NCBI GenBank assembly: GCA_002840905.1
Contig: PHDD01000006.1
Coordinates: forward strand, 8,910-72,909
Source: Bacteroidetes bacterium HGW-Bacteroidetes-4
Lineage (GTDB): Bacteria > Bacteroidota > Bacteroidia > Bacteroidales > SZUA-534
Reading direction: 5' to 3'
Length of the DNA stretch: 64,000 nt
Position numbers and translations under genes: made by a program. Shown one piece after another: positions 39,454-48,992 of this stretch. Below the pieces are notes generated by a model. That model had not been told where the DNA came from. It saw only the letters and a program-made list of their open reading frames with translations, and did no database searches. Positions within the stretch are counted from its first letter, which is position 1. Each line of letters starts with the position of its first letter.

Positions 39454-40503
39454 TTAATTATTTTCTAAAATCTGGAACAACTCATCGAGTTTTGGAGTTA
39501 AAATAATTTCTGTTCTTCGGTTTTTTGCCCGGGCTTCGGCAGTTTTAGCCGTATCAATCGGGAAGTAGGGGCCTCGACCAGCCGCACTAACCCGCTTGGG
39601 ATCCATGCTTGAATTTTGCAGGAGAATTTTTACTATCGATGTAGCCCGTTTTACACTTAAATCCCAATTATCTTTAATTTCGCCACTTCCGCGCATGGGA
39701 ACATCGTCGGTATGACCTTCTACAACAATATTAATATCTTTATTTTGCTCCAATACACCGGCAATTTGTTTGATGGCTTGCTGTCCTTTGGGGTCAACAT
39801 CCCATTGTCCCGATTTAAAAAGCAATTTTTCGTCCATGGTAACATACACTTTTCCATTGCGTTGCTGAATGGTAAGTCCTTTATTTTCGAATCCCAAAAG
39901 GGCATCGGTAATTTTCGATTTTAAGGCAAAAACCGCAGAATCTTTACTGTGCAATATGTTTTCCAATTCGCTCATGCGACGGCTTTGTGCTTCCAGTTCT
40001 CTCTTTTTCTGGTTTAGCGATGCATCCAAAGCAAGCAGGATTTCGTCGCGTTCTTCCAAAGCCAATTGTTTAGCCATCAGGTTGTCTTCCAGTTCCCGCA
40101 ATTCATCTTCACGCACCTGCAAGTCTTCTTTGGTAACCTGAAGTTCAGCCAGCAGCTTTCGCGTTTCTTCATCGCGGCCTTTCTCAACGGTTGACTGGGT
40201 GTTCGAGAGGTCGTTGTACATGGTTTTATAAACCTTGAACTGTTTTTTGTAAAATGCAGCCGAATCTTTTAAACCGCTTTGTTGCGAAGCCATTTGGGTA
40301 AAGCGTTTTTGCAATTCCTCCAATTCAGCTTCCATTTCGGTGTTTTGAACGGTTAACGATTCGTTGGTGCTTTTAAGCGAGTCCCGTTCGTGGACAGTAG
40401 TTTCATTTTTTTGTTTTAATTCCTGGAATTGCCGGGTTGGAACGCAGGCGTTCATGGCAACAAAGCCCAGCGCAATAAATACAAAAAGTTTAAGTGTATG
40501 CAT
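39454..40503 (-). CDS. OmpA/MotB-family lipoprotein with long coiled coil
   Basis: Lipobox MNAC, about 170 aa of heptad-rich E/K/L sequence, and a C-terminal OmpA domain (VEGHTDDVP...NRRTEI). Confidence 0.85.
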   Translation of the reverse strand: MHTLKLFVFIALGFVAMNACVPTRQFQELKQKNETTVHERDSLKSTNESLTVQNTEMEAELEELQKRFTQMASQQSGLKDSAAFYKKQFKVYKTMYNDLSNTQSTVEKGRDEETRKLLAELQVTKEDLQVREDELRELEDNLMAKQLALEERDEILLALDASLNQKKRELEAQSRRMSELENILHSKDSAVFALKSKITDALLGFENKGLTIQQRNGKVYVTMDEKLLFKSGQWDVDPKGQQAIKQIAGVLEQNKDINIVVEGHTDDVPMRGSGEIKDNWDLSVKRATSIVKILLQNSSMDPKRVSAAGRGPYFPIDTAKTAEARAKNRRTEIILTPKLDELFQILENN

Positions 40504-40523
40504 GGTAATTTTATTTTCGAAAC

Positions 40524-40531
40524 CAAAGATA
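40524..40531 (-). promoter_or_regulatory. -7 box TATCTTTG on the minus strand
   Basis: TAnnTTTG match about 20 nt upstream of the ATG at 40503. Confidence 0.4.
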
Positions 40532-40685
40532 CAATTAATTCAAAATTATTCCTTAAGGCAAAACTAAAATTGGCAATTATAAATTATTATCGCTTAAACT
40601 TATTATTTTTATGGCATTAAAATACCGAATGTAAAAGCAGCAAGCTTAAAATACAGGGTGTTTCGGAAAAACAGTTAAAGATCGC

Positions 40686-41783
40686 ATGGTTTATAAAAAT
40701 TTTATCATTCAGAGTCAGGATACGCTTCCCACGAAGGGTTTATTAATTAATACTCCAACCATTTTACCCCAGGATAACAAGCTCGACATTGGCCGCAAAA
40801 CAATGGAATTGGGATCGGTGCGTACTTTTACGGTCGATTCCTCAAGAATTGATAAGTCAAAAGTTGTAATTCCGATTGTTAAAACGGTTCCCAATATTCC
40901 TGAAAAGGACAGCATAGTGCATCCGGTTTATAATGTGCTCGACGATAATTTTGTTTTACCCGGAGATTCGGATTTTTTTGCCAGTCTTTCGATTCAGCCC
41001 TTTGAACCGGAATTAGCTCCGGTACTTTTTACAAAGCAAAAGGCTGAAAAAGTTTCTGAAATTAGTCAGGTTGAAGTTCGGGAGCAGGTAAAACAAAAAA
41101 AACCGATACGAACAGCAAATAAATCGGGTACATTTTTCGAATCAACCGACTGGATGCTTGGGCTAATAATTTTGGTTCTTGTAATATTTGGTTGGCTGCG
41201 TGTAGGTTATGGGCGTTATGTACAATTAGCTGTTCAGACTGCTTTTAACTTTTACACCGCAAAGCGTGTTCGTGAAGAATCGAATATATTACGAAGCCGG
41301 ATTTTTCATTTTATGAATGTCTTGTTTTTTATCAATTTGGCCCTTTTTGTTACCCAGTGGTTCGATTATCAGAATTGGGAGTTGTTGGGGCTAAGTGGTA
41401 TGTTTTTATTTTTGGCTGTTTTGGCCTTTGTAATAGTTATTTATAGTTTGCGGGGTGTTGTTCTGGCTGTAATAGATTTCCTTTTTCTGGCAAAAGGTTC
41501 TTTTATGTATTACACGGCTACCATATTTATTTACAACCGAATGATAGGTTTATTGTTGCTGCCTTTAATTGCCGTAATTCCTTTTATCGACCCGCAGGTC
41601 ACGCCTTGGCTATTTTACGCGGGATTTTTGGTGATTGCATTCTTTTATGTTTTTCGAATTTTTAGGGGATTAAATTTTGGAATCAAAAATAGACTTTCAA
41701 TTTTCTATTTGATTTTGTACCTTTGTGCACTTGAAATTTTACCATTACTGGTTCTTTACAAATTGTTTGAAACCTACATATAA
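40686..41783 (+). CDS. DUF4271-like polytopic membrane protein
   Basis: Soluble N-terminal ~150 aa followed by about 6 TM helices. It sits directly upstream of hemD, as is commonly seen in Bacteroidota. Confidence 0.55.
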   Translation: MVYKNFIIQSQDTLPTKGLLINTPTILPQDNKLDIGRKTMELGSVRTFTVDSSRIDKSKVVIPIVKTVPNIPEKDSIVHPVYNVLDDNFVLPGDSDFFASLSIQPFEPELAPVLFTKQKAEKVSEISQVEVREQVKQKKPIRTANKSGTFFESTDWMLGLIILVLVIFGWLRVGYGRYVQLAVQTAFNFYTAKRVREESNILRSRIFHFMNVLFFINLALFVTQWFDYQNWELLGLSGMFLFLAVLAFVIVIYSLRGVVLAVIDFLFLAKGSFMYYTATIFIYNRMIGLLLLPLIAVIPFIDPQVTPWLFYAGFLVIAFFYVFRIFRGLNFGIKNRLSIFYLILYLCALEILPLLVLYKLFETYI

Positions 41784-41798
41784 AGTAACATTTCGAGG

Positions 41799-42581
41799 TT
41801 GGTGTGTAACAAAAAAACTGAAAAATTGAAAATTAAAAAGATTCTTGTATCTCAACCTGAGCCGGAAACCGAAAAATCGCCCTATTTTGATCTGGCTGAG
41901 AAGCATAATCTAAAAATTGATTTTAGACCTTTTATTCAGGTTGTACCAGTTGATTCAAAAGTTTTCCGTAAAGAGCGGATCAATATTTTGGATCATACTG
42001 CTGTTGTTTTTACGGCGCGTACGGCAGTCGATCATTTTTTCCGCATTTGTGAAGAAATGCGGATTACGGTGCCCGACACCATGAAGTATTTTTGCATTTC
42101 AGAAGCTACCGCATTTTACCTGCAAAAATATATTGTATACCGAAAGCGAAAAATCTTTTTTGGAAAGAGTTCTTTCTCTGAATTGCTGGAGGTGATAGAA
42201 AAACATAAAGAAGAAAAGTTCTTTGTACCGTTGTCTGATATGCACAAACCGGAAATTCCTAAAGGACTCGACAAGCTCAAGGTAAAGTATAACATTGCTA
42301 TTTTATATCGAACCATTGCCAGCGATCTTTCCGATTTGTCGGATGTAAATTATGATATCCTGGTATTCTTTAGTCCATCGGGAATAAAATCTTTGTTCGA
42401 TAATTTCCCCGATTTTAAGCAGAACGACACCCGGATAGCCGCCTTTGGTCCGACTACGGCCAAAGCTGTTAAAGACGCAAATTTACGCCTCGACATTCAG
42501 GCTCCGCTTCCCGAGGCTCCATCAATGACCATGGCTCTTGATCAGTATATTCGGGATGCAAATAAGAATTGTAAAAAATAA
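41799..42581 (+). CDS. hemD: Uroporphyrinogen-III synthase
   Basis: KILVSQPEPE N-terminus and a two-lobed HEM4 pattern. The true start may be the TTG at 41826 (LKIKKILVSQ). Confidence 0.75.
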   Translation: MVCNKKTEKLKIKKILVSQPEPETEKSPYFDLAEKHNLKIDFRPFIQVVPVDSKVFRKERINILDHTAVVFTARTAVDHFFRICEEMRITVPDTMKYFCISEATAFYLQKYIVYRKRKIFFGKSSFSELLEVIEKHKEEKFFVPLSDMHKPEIPKGLDKLKVKYNIAILYRTIASDLSDLSDVNYDILVFFSPSGIKSLFDNFPDFKQNDTRIAAFGPTTAKAVKDANLRLDIQAPLPEAPSMTMALDQYIRDANKNCKK

Positions 42582-42585
42582 AAGC

Positions 42586-42611
42586 ACCTGTGTGTATGCA
42601 CAGGTCTTTTT
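42586..42611 (+). terminator. Hairpin plus T-run after hemD
   Basis: acctgtg tgtatg cacaggt followed by cttttt. Confidence 0.55.
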
Positions 42612-42613
42612 AT

Positions 42614-43033
42614 ATGATGAATTCTGATAGTCAGCATAAAAGACTTACCTTTAAAAAAAAGGAACGGCTAAAAAGCCGATCCACTATTCAGGCGCTTTTT
42701 GACACAAACCAAAATCTTAAGAATTATCCCTTTAAGCTGGTATGGATGATTGTTCCATCTTCAGGAACGTCAATGGTAAAAGCCGGAGTATCTGTTTCAA
42801 AACGAAATCATCGCTCAGCAGTAACCCGCAATTTTATTAAACGGCGTATGCGCGAGTGCTACCGAACCAATAAGCTGGACCTTTATCAGTCGATTGACGG
42901 TAAAAATATTGAGCTTTCGTTTATGCTTATTTATCTTTCCAGCGAAATTGTACCATTTACCGAGTTTGAACAAAAAATAAAACAACTTTTGTTTCGTTTG
43001 AGTGAAAAAGTAAAAACAAATGATTTTCTTTAA
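42614..43033 (+). CDS. rnpA: Ribonuclease P protein component
   Basis: LTFKKKERLKSRSTIQALF and the basic RNR-like region AVTRNFIKRRMRE. The ATG at 42614 is preferred, because the GTG at 42590 lies inside the terminator hairpin. Confidence 0.8.
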   Translation: MMNSDSQHKRLTFKKKERLKSRSTIQALFDTNQNLKNYPFKLVWMIVPSSGTSMVKAGVSVSKRNHRSAVTRNFIKRRMRECYRTNKLDLYQSIDGKNIELSFMLIYLSSEIVPFTEFEQKIKQLLFRLSEKVKTNDFL

Positions 43034-43104
43034 CCTTATTGGGTATTTGTACCTGAGGGTAACATATTTTTTATTCCGTTGAATTATTCGAAAATACGAT
43101 TGAT

Positions 43105-44769
43105 ATGAGAGGCATCAGTAAAAAATGGAAAATAGGATTTGTAGCAACCGTAGCTGTTATTACACTTGGCTTTATCTCCTTCGACGATGAGAACTTTCAG
43201 ATTGCAAAAAGTCTGGATATTTATCACACGCTTTTCCGGGAGTTAAATTTATATTATGTTGATGAAACCGATCCGGCTGATTTGGTAAAAACCAGTATCG
43301 ATAAAATGTTGGAGTCGCTCGATCCATACACAGTTTACATTCCCGAATCGCAAATGGAAGATTACCGCTTTATGACAACCGGACAATACGGAGGGATTGG
43401 AGCCTTAATCCGAAATGCCGACGATTATGTGATTATAACCGAACCTTACGAGGGGTTTCCTGCTTTTAAAGCGGGCATAAAAGCCGGAGATAAAATTGTA
43501 GAAATTGATGGCAAATCGGTGAAAGGACGAAATTCAGAAGAAATTAGCGAATTGTTAAAAGGAGAACCAAAAACCGAAATAAAACTGGGAATTCAGCGAC
43601 CGGGGGTTGAAAAAACACTTGACAAGGTTGTTGTCCGGGAAAAAATTAAGATAAACAGCGTGCCTTATAGCGGCATGCTTAACGATTCTATCGGGTATAT
43701 TCGTCTGGCAAACTTTACTGAAGACTGCAGTAAGGATGTTAAGGGAGCACTTAAAGAATTGAAAAAAAATCAGTCGCTTAAAGGCCTGGTTTTCGATTTG
43801 CGTGGAAATCCGGGTGGCTTGCTTATGGAAGCCGTTGCCGTTTCAAATCTTTTTATTCCTAAAGGACAGGAAATTGTAAGTACCAAAGGAAAAGTTACTC
43901 AATGGAACCGGGCTTATCAGGCTACCAACGATGCATACGACACCGAAATTCCTTTGGCTGTATTAGTTAACAGCGGTTCGGCTTCGGCATCAGAAATTGT
44001 TTCCGGAGCTATTCAGGATTTAGACCGTGGTGTTGTTTTAGGAACAAGAACTTTTGGGAAGGGTTTGGTTCAAACTACCCGCGATTTAAGTTATAATTCA
44101 AAATTAAAAATTACAACGGCTAAATATTATATACCCAGCGGGCGATGCATTCAGGCACTCGATTATTCACACCGGAACCAGGACGGTAGCGTAGGCCGTG
44201 TACCCGATTCGCTGATAAGCGAATTTACAACCAAAGGAGGACGCAAAGTTTACGATGGTGGAGGCATAATGCCCGATATAAATGTACAGCCACAAATGCT
44301 CAGCAAAATATCAATCAGCTTGTACACAAAAAGTCTTATTTTTGATTTTGCAACACAATACCAACAAACTCACGAAAGCATACCTCCGGTTCATGAATTT
44401 GCAATTGATGAGTCGATATACAATGATTTTAAAGACTTTTTGGCGAACAAAGATTTCGATTACACTTTAGAAAGCGAACAAATGATTTCAAAACTCGAAG
44501 AGGTTGTTAAGCAAGAAAAATACCATGCTATGGTTGCCGATGAGCTTAATATATTGCGCAAAAAACTGGCTCATGATAAAAACAAGGACCTGGAGCTGTT
44601 TAAAGCCGAAATCAGCGATTTGTTACGCGAAGAAATTGTGAGTCGCTATTATTATCAAACAGGAAGGGCTCAGGCAAATATCTCAAACGATCCGGTGATT
44701 GAAAAAGCATTGGAGATTCTTGGCAACAACGATTCGTATAAAAACATTTTACAACCAGCAGCAAAGTAA
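43105..44769 (+). CDS. ctp: S41-family C-terminal processing peptidase
   Basis: PDZ segment (GIKAGDKIVEIDG), DLRGNPGG, the catalytic GSASASEI, and TFGKG. Confidence 0.92.
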   Translation: MRGISKKWKIGFVATVAVITLGFISFDDENFQIAKSLDIYHTLFRELNLYYVDETDPADLVKTSIDKMLESLDPYTVYIPESQMEDYRFMTTGQYGGIGALIRNADDYVIITEPYEGFPAFKAGIKAGDKIVEIDGKSVKGRNSEEISELLKGEPKTEIKLGIQRPGVEKTLDKVVVREKIKINSVPYSGMLNDSIGYIRLANFTEDCSKDVKGALKELKKNQSLKGLVFDLRGNPGGLLMEAVAVSNLFIPKGQEIVSTKGKVTQWNRAYQATNDAYDTEIPLAVLVNSGSASASEIVSGAIQDLDRGVVLGTRTFGKGLVQTTRDLSYNSKLKITTAKYYIPSGRCIQALDYSHRNQDGSVGRVPDSLISEFTTKGGRKVYDGGGIMPDINVQPQMLSKISISLYTKSLIFDFATQYQQTHESIPPVHEFAIDESIYNDFKDFLANKDFDYTLESEQMISKLEEVVKQEKYHAMVADELNILRKKLAHDKNKDLELFKAEISDLLREEIVSRYYYQTGRAQANISNDPVIEKALEILGNNDSYKNILQPAAK

Positions 44770-44790
44770 TCTATAATCTGGCAAAGCCAA

Positions 44791-44831
44791 AAAAACCCGG
44801 AATTTTGTATTTTTGAAGTTTCGGGTTTTTT
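44791..44831 (+). terminator. Rho-independent terminator
   Basis: aaaaacccggaa ... tttcgggttttt, followed by further T residues. Confidence 0.7.
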
Positions 44832-44873
44832 ATTAAGGGTGATTAAATCACTTTAATTAACTTATTCAATACC

Positions 44874-45950
44874 ATGGCGCAACGCATATTAATAGTAAAT
44901 CATTATTGGCCACCAACTGGCGGGCCTTGTGTGCAGCGTTGGGTCGATTTCTCAGCCTGGCTGGTTAATAATAATTTCCAGGTTACGGTTCTTACACCTG
45001 AAAACCCCGGTTTTCCTTATACCGATGCAACCCTTTTGCAACGCGTCGATCCAAAAATAAGGGTTGTAAAAGTGGGATATAAAAATCTGGTTTCAGGGAC
45101 CATGAAAAAAGTTGGAAGTAATTTTGTTACCCGTTTTGTCCGGGGTAATTTCTTTTTACCCGATCCTCGCCTGAATTGGAATAAGCATGCCGAAACTTTT
45201 ATTAAAGAGCATTTAAACGAATTTGATGTAATTATAACCGCAGGGCCTCCACATTCAACCCATTTTGTCGGAAAAAAATTCAGAAAGCAATTGAAATGGA
45301 TGGCTGATTTTCACGATTATTGGACCGATGCCCTTTACCTTGATCAGTTTCACCGACTTTGGCCAGCCCAATGGATAGATAAATGGCTCGAAAAATCAAT
45401 ATTAAAAAACGCTGATGTGGTGTTGGTTCATTGCCAGACAGCAAAAAGCCGGTATCAGCAAAAAACCACAAAACCCATCCACATTATTCCCATGGGGTTT
45501 CACGAAAAATTTTTCTCCGACACTTCACCCAACATCGAAACCAAAGTGATAAGCCATGTGGGATCTTTTTTCACCTTTTATAAAAGCGCTTTACCGCTAA
45601 TAAAATCATACATCGAAAAAGGCTATATTTTTCGCCAGATAGGTCCGGTTGAAGAAGGTGTTTGGCTGCCCGAAGGAACCGAAGTAATTCCTTATGTCCC
45701 TCACGAGAAGGCTATTGCTTATATGTGTACATCCGAAAAATTATTACTTATAAACCATCGCGATTTTTTACCCGGAAAATTATTTGAATACCTGGGTTCG
45801 ATGCGCCCGATAATTCTGGTTTCGCCCGAAGGAAGCGATGCTGAAAAATTGATTAATGAGAATCAACACCGTTCACGCGAAGAGCGATTTAATGATTTCT
45901 CGCGCAGTGGCATTGCAAAAAGACTGGCCGGCATTATAGACGTACTTTAA
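44874..45950 (+). CDS. Putative glycosyltransferase (GT-B fold)
   Basis: RILIVNHYWPPTGGP N-terminus typical of GT4-like enzymes. The C-terminal half is less diagnostic. Confidence 0.55.
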   Translation: MAQRILIVNHYWPPTGGPCVQRWVDFSAWLVNNNFQVTVLTPENPGFPYTDATLLQRVDPKIRVVKVGYKNLVSGTMKKVGSNFVTRFVRGNFFLPDPRLNWNKHAETFIKEHLNEFDVIITAGPPHSTHFVGKKFRKQLKWMADFHDYWTDALYLDQFHRLWPAQWIDKWLEKSILKNADVVLVHCQTAKSRYQQKTTKPIHIIPMGFHEKFFSDTSPNIETKVISHVGSFFTFYKSALPLIKSYIEKGYIFRQIGPVEEGVWLPEGTEVIPYVPHEKAIAYMCTSEKLLLINHRDFLPGKLFEYLGSMRPIILVSPEGSDAEKLINENQHRSREERFNDFSRSGIAKRLAGIIDVL

Positions 45951-46032
45951 GCAAATTGTTTTTTCTTGCTTAAAAGTAAAGGAGCAGATGAATAATTTTT
46001 ACTTTTAGCTTTATTTTCACGAAAACCGAATA

Positions 46033-47166
46033 ATGGAAACAGCACCAAAAAAGCCAGTTGTTTTATCGATAGTTCCCTCACCCTTGCTACCTCCGGTCGA
46101 TGGCGGACAAAAGCACACGTATGGAATGCTCGATGCATTGGGGAAAATTACATCGTTGGTTTGTATAACCGACACCAAATCAGAAAAAGCAGGGCACTCG
46201 TTTGAATTGCTTCCAAAAATTGAACACAGGGTTCGCAAATATTTATCGTTTGGCAACTTTAAATACATTGTAAATAAAATTAACAAAATAAAGCCGGTTG
46301 CTGTTTTGCTAGAAAAACCCTTTATGGGGCCCATTGTTTACATGGCTTCAAGAAAAACCGGAACACCTTTTTTTATACATGCCCACAATATTGAATACCT
46401 TCGTTATCGCTCTTTGGGTAAATGGTGGTATCCCTTGTTGTACTTATGGGAATCGTTCACTTACAGTAAAGCCAAAGCCATATTTTTTGTTTCAGAAGAA
46501 GATCGAAGGTTGGCTATTGAAAAATTTAAAATCCCGGAACAGAAATGTCACATTTCAGCCTATGGAATTCCTCAAACCAAAGTTCTGGAACGACCCACCG
46601 AAAGCATCATTCAAACCAAAGCGTTGGTAGGGATTAAGCCTGAGGAAAAGGTTATTATGTTTTTTGGAGCTCTAAAATATTTGCCAAATATTGAAGCGCT
46701 TGAAATTATTATTAACGAATTATTACCTCGTTTGCAAAAAAAGCTTGATTTTTCCTATAAAGTACTTATCTGTGGAGGTGGCTTGTCGGCCGATTACGAA
46801 AAACAGTTGAGGGGATATTCCAATAAACACCTGATTTACGCAGGTTTTGTTCCCGACATTGACGAATATACAGGCAGTGCCGATGTAGTAATTAATCCGG
46901 TGTTAAGTGCAGGAGGAATTCGTACCCGTGTTGTTGAAGCTCTTGGCTTTAATAAAACAGTGGTGTCGACCATAACCGGAGCTCATGGAATTGATGCACG
47001 CCTTTGTGGGAAAAAACTTAAAGTAGTTGCCGATAACGATTGGGATAGTTTTACCGAAAAAATAGCTGAAGCCTTATCAGAAAAGGAAAGTACGCCCGAT
47101 AGTTTTTTTGCTCAATATTCATGGCAGGCTATTGCTAACGAACTAAAGCAGGTGTTGCAATCCTAA
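46033..47166 (+). CDS. Glycosyltransferase family 4/1
   Basis: N-terminal SIVPSPLLPPVDGGQKH and a C-terminal sugar-donor-binding pattern (GGIRTRVVEALGFNKTVV). Confidence 0.75.
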   Translation: METAPKKPVVLSIVPSPLLPPVDGGQKHTYGMLDALGKITSLVCITDTKSEKAGHSFELLPKIEHRVRKYLSFGNFKYIVNKINKIKPVAVLLEKPFMGPIVYMASRKTGTPFFIHAHNIEYLRYRSLGKWWYPLLYLWESFTYSKAKAIFFVSEEDRRLAIEKFKIPEQKCHISAYGIPQTKVLERPTESIIQTKALVGIKPEEKVIMFFGALKYLPNIEALEIIINELLPRLQKKLDFSYKVLICGGGLSADYEKQLRGYSNKHLIYAGFVPDIDEYTGSADVVINPVLSAGGIRTRVVEALGFNKTVVSTITGAHGIDARLCGKKLKVVADNDWDSFTEKIAEALSEKESTPDSFFAQYSWQAIANELKQVLQS

Positions 47167-47359
47167 ATCATAACGTTTCGTCGTCTTCAAAGAATAGAAG
47201 TCGCCCTGAAACAACCCATCTTGTTTAATTGATTTTTAAATTAATTGCTGCCAATAATTTAAAAAAACGCTGGTTTTAGCTTACCAACATCCATCAATTA
47301 GTAGTACTTTTACCCTCAGCATGAATCGGATTCAAAAACGTATCGGTATTCTTAAAGGG

Positions 47360-47391
47360 CATCAGCAAAACGATGGTTTGCTGATGTTTTT
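47360..47391 (+). terminator. Rho-independent terminator about 190 nt downstream of the GT gene
   Basis: Perfect 10 bp stem catcagcaaa / tttgctgatg, 7 nt loop, TTTTT. Confidence 0.65.
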
Positions 47392-47560
47392 ATACATCTT
47401 TTCTGAGCTGTAAACTCACCATTCAATTTTTTTGGACACGGCAACAGCATACTTTCCTTTATAAACCGTGTGGAAGTTTACCTTTTTATAATAACAAATT
47501 CAGGCCAAAACTGCGGTATTTCCGCAATTACTTGATGTAATTATCATTAAATGAATTTTT

Positions 47561-48805
47561 ATGGATGCCTATTATAGCTATTTGAACCACTTACTTAGCA
47601 AAAACAAAAAAGAATATGCTGCTTACCCAGACTTAAACTGGTTGAATCCCTATGCTGCACAAGATTTTCAGGAAATACGCAACGAATTACTGAACACTCC
47701 CGGACAAACCACGCTTTTTAAACAAACCAAACCATATTATAAGCAATTGTCAGATGGTTGCCGCATCTGTGGTGCGGGTTTGTGGAGTTGTTTATTTATT
47801 ACCGGCAAGTGTAATGCAAATTGTTTTTATTGTCCCACATCGCAAAATGCCGATGAGTTACCAAGCTCGCAGGGCTTAACTTTTCCTACTCCCGAATCAT
47901 ATGCTGAATATATAAAACATTTTGGATTTAAAGGGGTTAGTTTTAGTGGGGGAGAACCCTTGTTATATGCACAAAGGGTTTATGATTATTTGGAAGCGGT
48001 TCGGAAATTTGCTCCCGACGATATTTATACCTGGATGTATACCAATGGAATTTTGGCGTCGCCCGAAGTGTTTCAAAAGCTTGCTTCTCAGAACTTAAAC
48101 GAGGTGCGCTTTGATATTGGTGCAATCAATTACAATCTCGATAAGATTAAAATGGCCAAAGGGCTGATTAAAAATCTTACCGTAGAAATACCGGCAGTAC
48201 CCGAAGAAAAAGAACGATTGATTAAGCTGCTACCCCAGATGATTGATGCCGGGGTAAGCAATTTAAACCTGCACCAACTGCGTTTAACGCCTTATAATGT
48301 TGAAAAATTTAAGAATCGTCCCTATACCTATATCCCAGCCGAAAAACCACTTGTGCTCGAATCGGAATTGGCTGCTTTGGAAATTATGCATTATGCAGAT
48401 AAACAGCAGTTACCCATAGGCGTAAATTACTGTTCGTTCTTTTTTAAAAACAGGTTTCAATCAGCCGGATTTCGCAAACAAATTAGTAAATTGCTTTTTC
48501 CTGAACAACCAACTCTTTCGCAACGGGGATATATACGCAAGCAAAACCCGGATGGAATTGAATACCATATAGCACGCTTAACCGATGAGAACAACCCGTC
48601 GAAAAATGCTCAGCTATTATCATTAAATCACAAAAAATATGCTTTTGGTTCCGAAAGGCTTACTAAAATTGAATTTAGCAACGAATTTATTACTAGTGCA
48701 GCACAAGAACTCCTTGCAAACGAACCAGAACAAATTCCAGAAGACTCCAGTTTGTTCGAAGTCTGGAAACACGAATGGATTGAGCCGGGTTTACGCAATT
48801 ATTAA
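47561..48805 (+). CDS. Radical SAM protein (activase-like, unknown substrate)
   Basis: CNANCFYC (Cx3Cx2C), preceded by CRICGAGLWSC, and the GGEPLL motif. Confidence 0.8.
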   Translation: MDAYYSYLNHLLSKNKKEYAAYPDLNWLNPYAAQDFQEIRNELLNTPGQTTLFKQTKPYYKQLSDGCRICGAGLWSCLFITGKCNANCFYCPTSQNADELPSSQGLTFPTPESYAEYIKHFGFKGVSFSGGEPLLYAQRVYDYLEAVRKFAPDDIYTWMYTNGILASPEVFQKLASQNLNEVRFDIGAINYNLDKIKMAKGLIKNLTVEIPAVPEEKERLIKLLPQMIDAGVSNLNLHQLRLTPYNVEKFKNRPYTYIPAEKPLVLESELAALEIMHYADKQQLPIGVNYCSFFFKNRFQSAGFRKQISKLLFPEQPTLSQRGYIRKQNPDGIEYHIARLTDENNPSKNAQLLSLNHKKYAFGSERLTKIEFSNEFITSAAQELLANEPEQIPEDSSLFEVWKHEWIEPGLRNY

Positions 48806-48965
48806 AAAAGGCTTGGGTGGGGCGATACGGTATTAAATGCGGATTATTCAAACGCCTTAGAATAAGGTGTTTCTATGGGTCGTTTTGTCCTGAAAATAGA
48901 TTAACGACATTGATTACATTAGCCAGATTATTCGGGTTTCATTAAAAAGATTACAAAAAATAAAA

Positions 48966-48973
48966 TATTTTTG
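48966..48973 (+). promoter_or_regulatory. -7 box TATTTTTG
   Basis: TAnnTTTG match 20 nt upstream of the TTG start at 48993. Confidence 0.35.
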
Positions 48974-48992
48974 CCCAATCTAAGTTTATTCA

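Noticed and set aside
47321-47413. A 30-codon ORF upstream of the radical SAM gene, as a possible RiPP precursor peptide.
   Set aside because: The ORF is threaded through a perfect terminator hairpin that explains the sequence better. It has no Cys/Ser/Thr-rich core and no obvious translation signals, and it lies 150 nt from the enzyme gene on the far side of a terminator.
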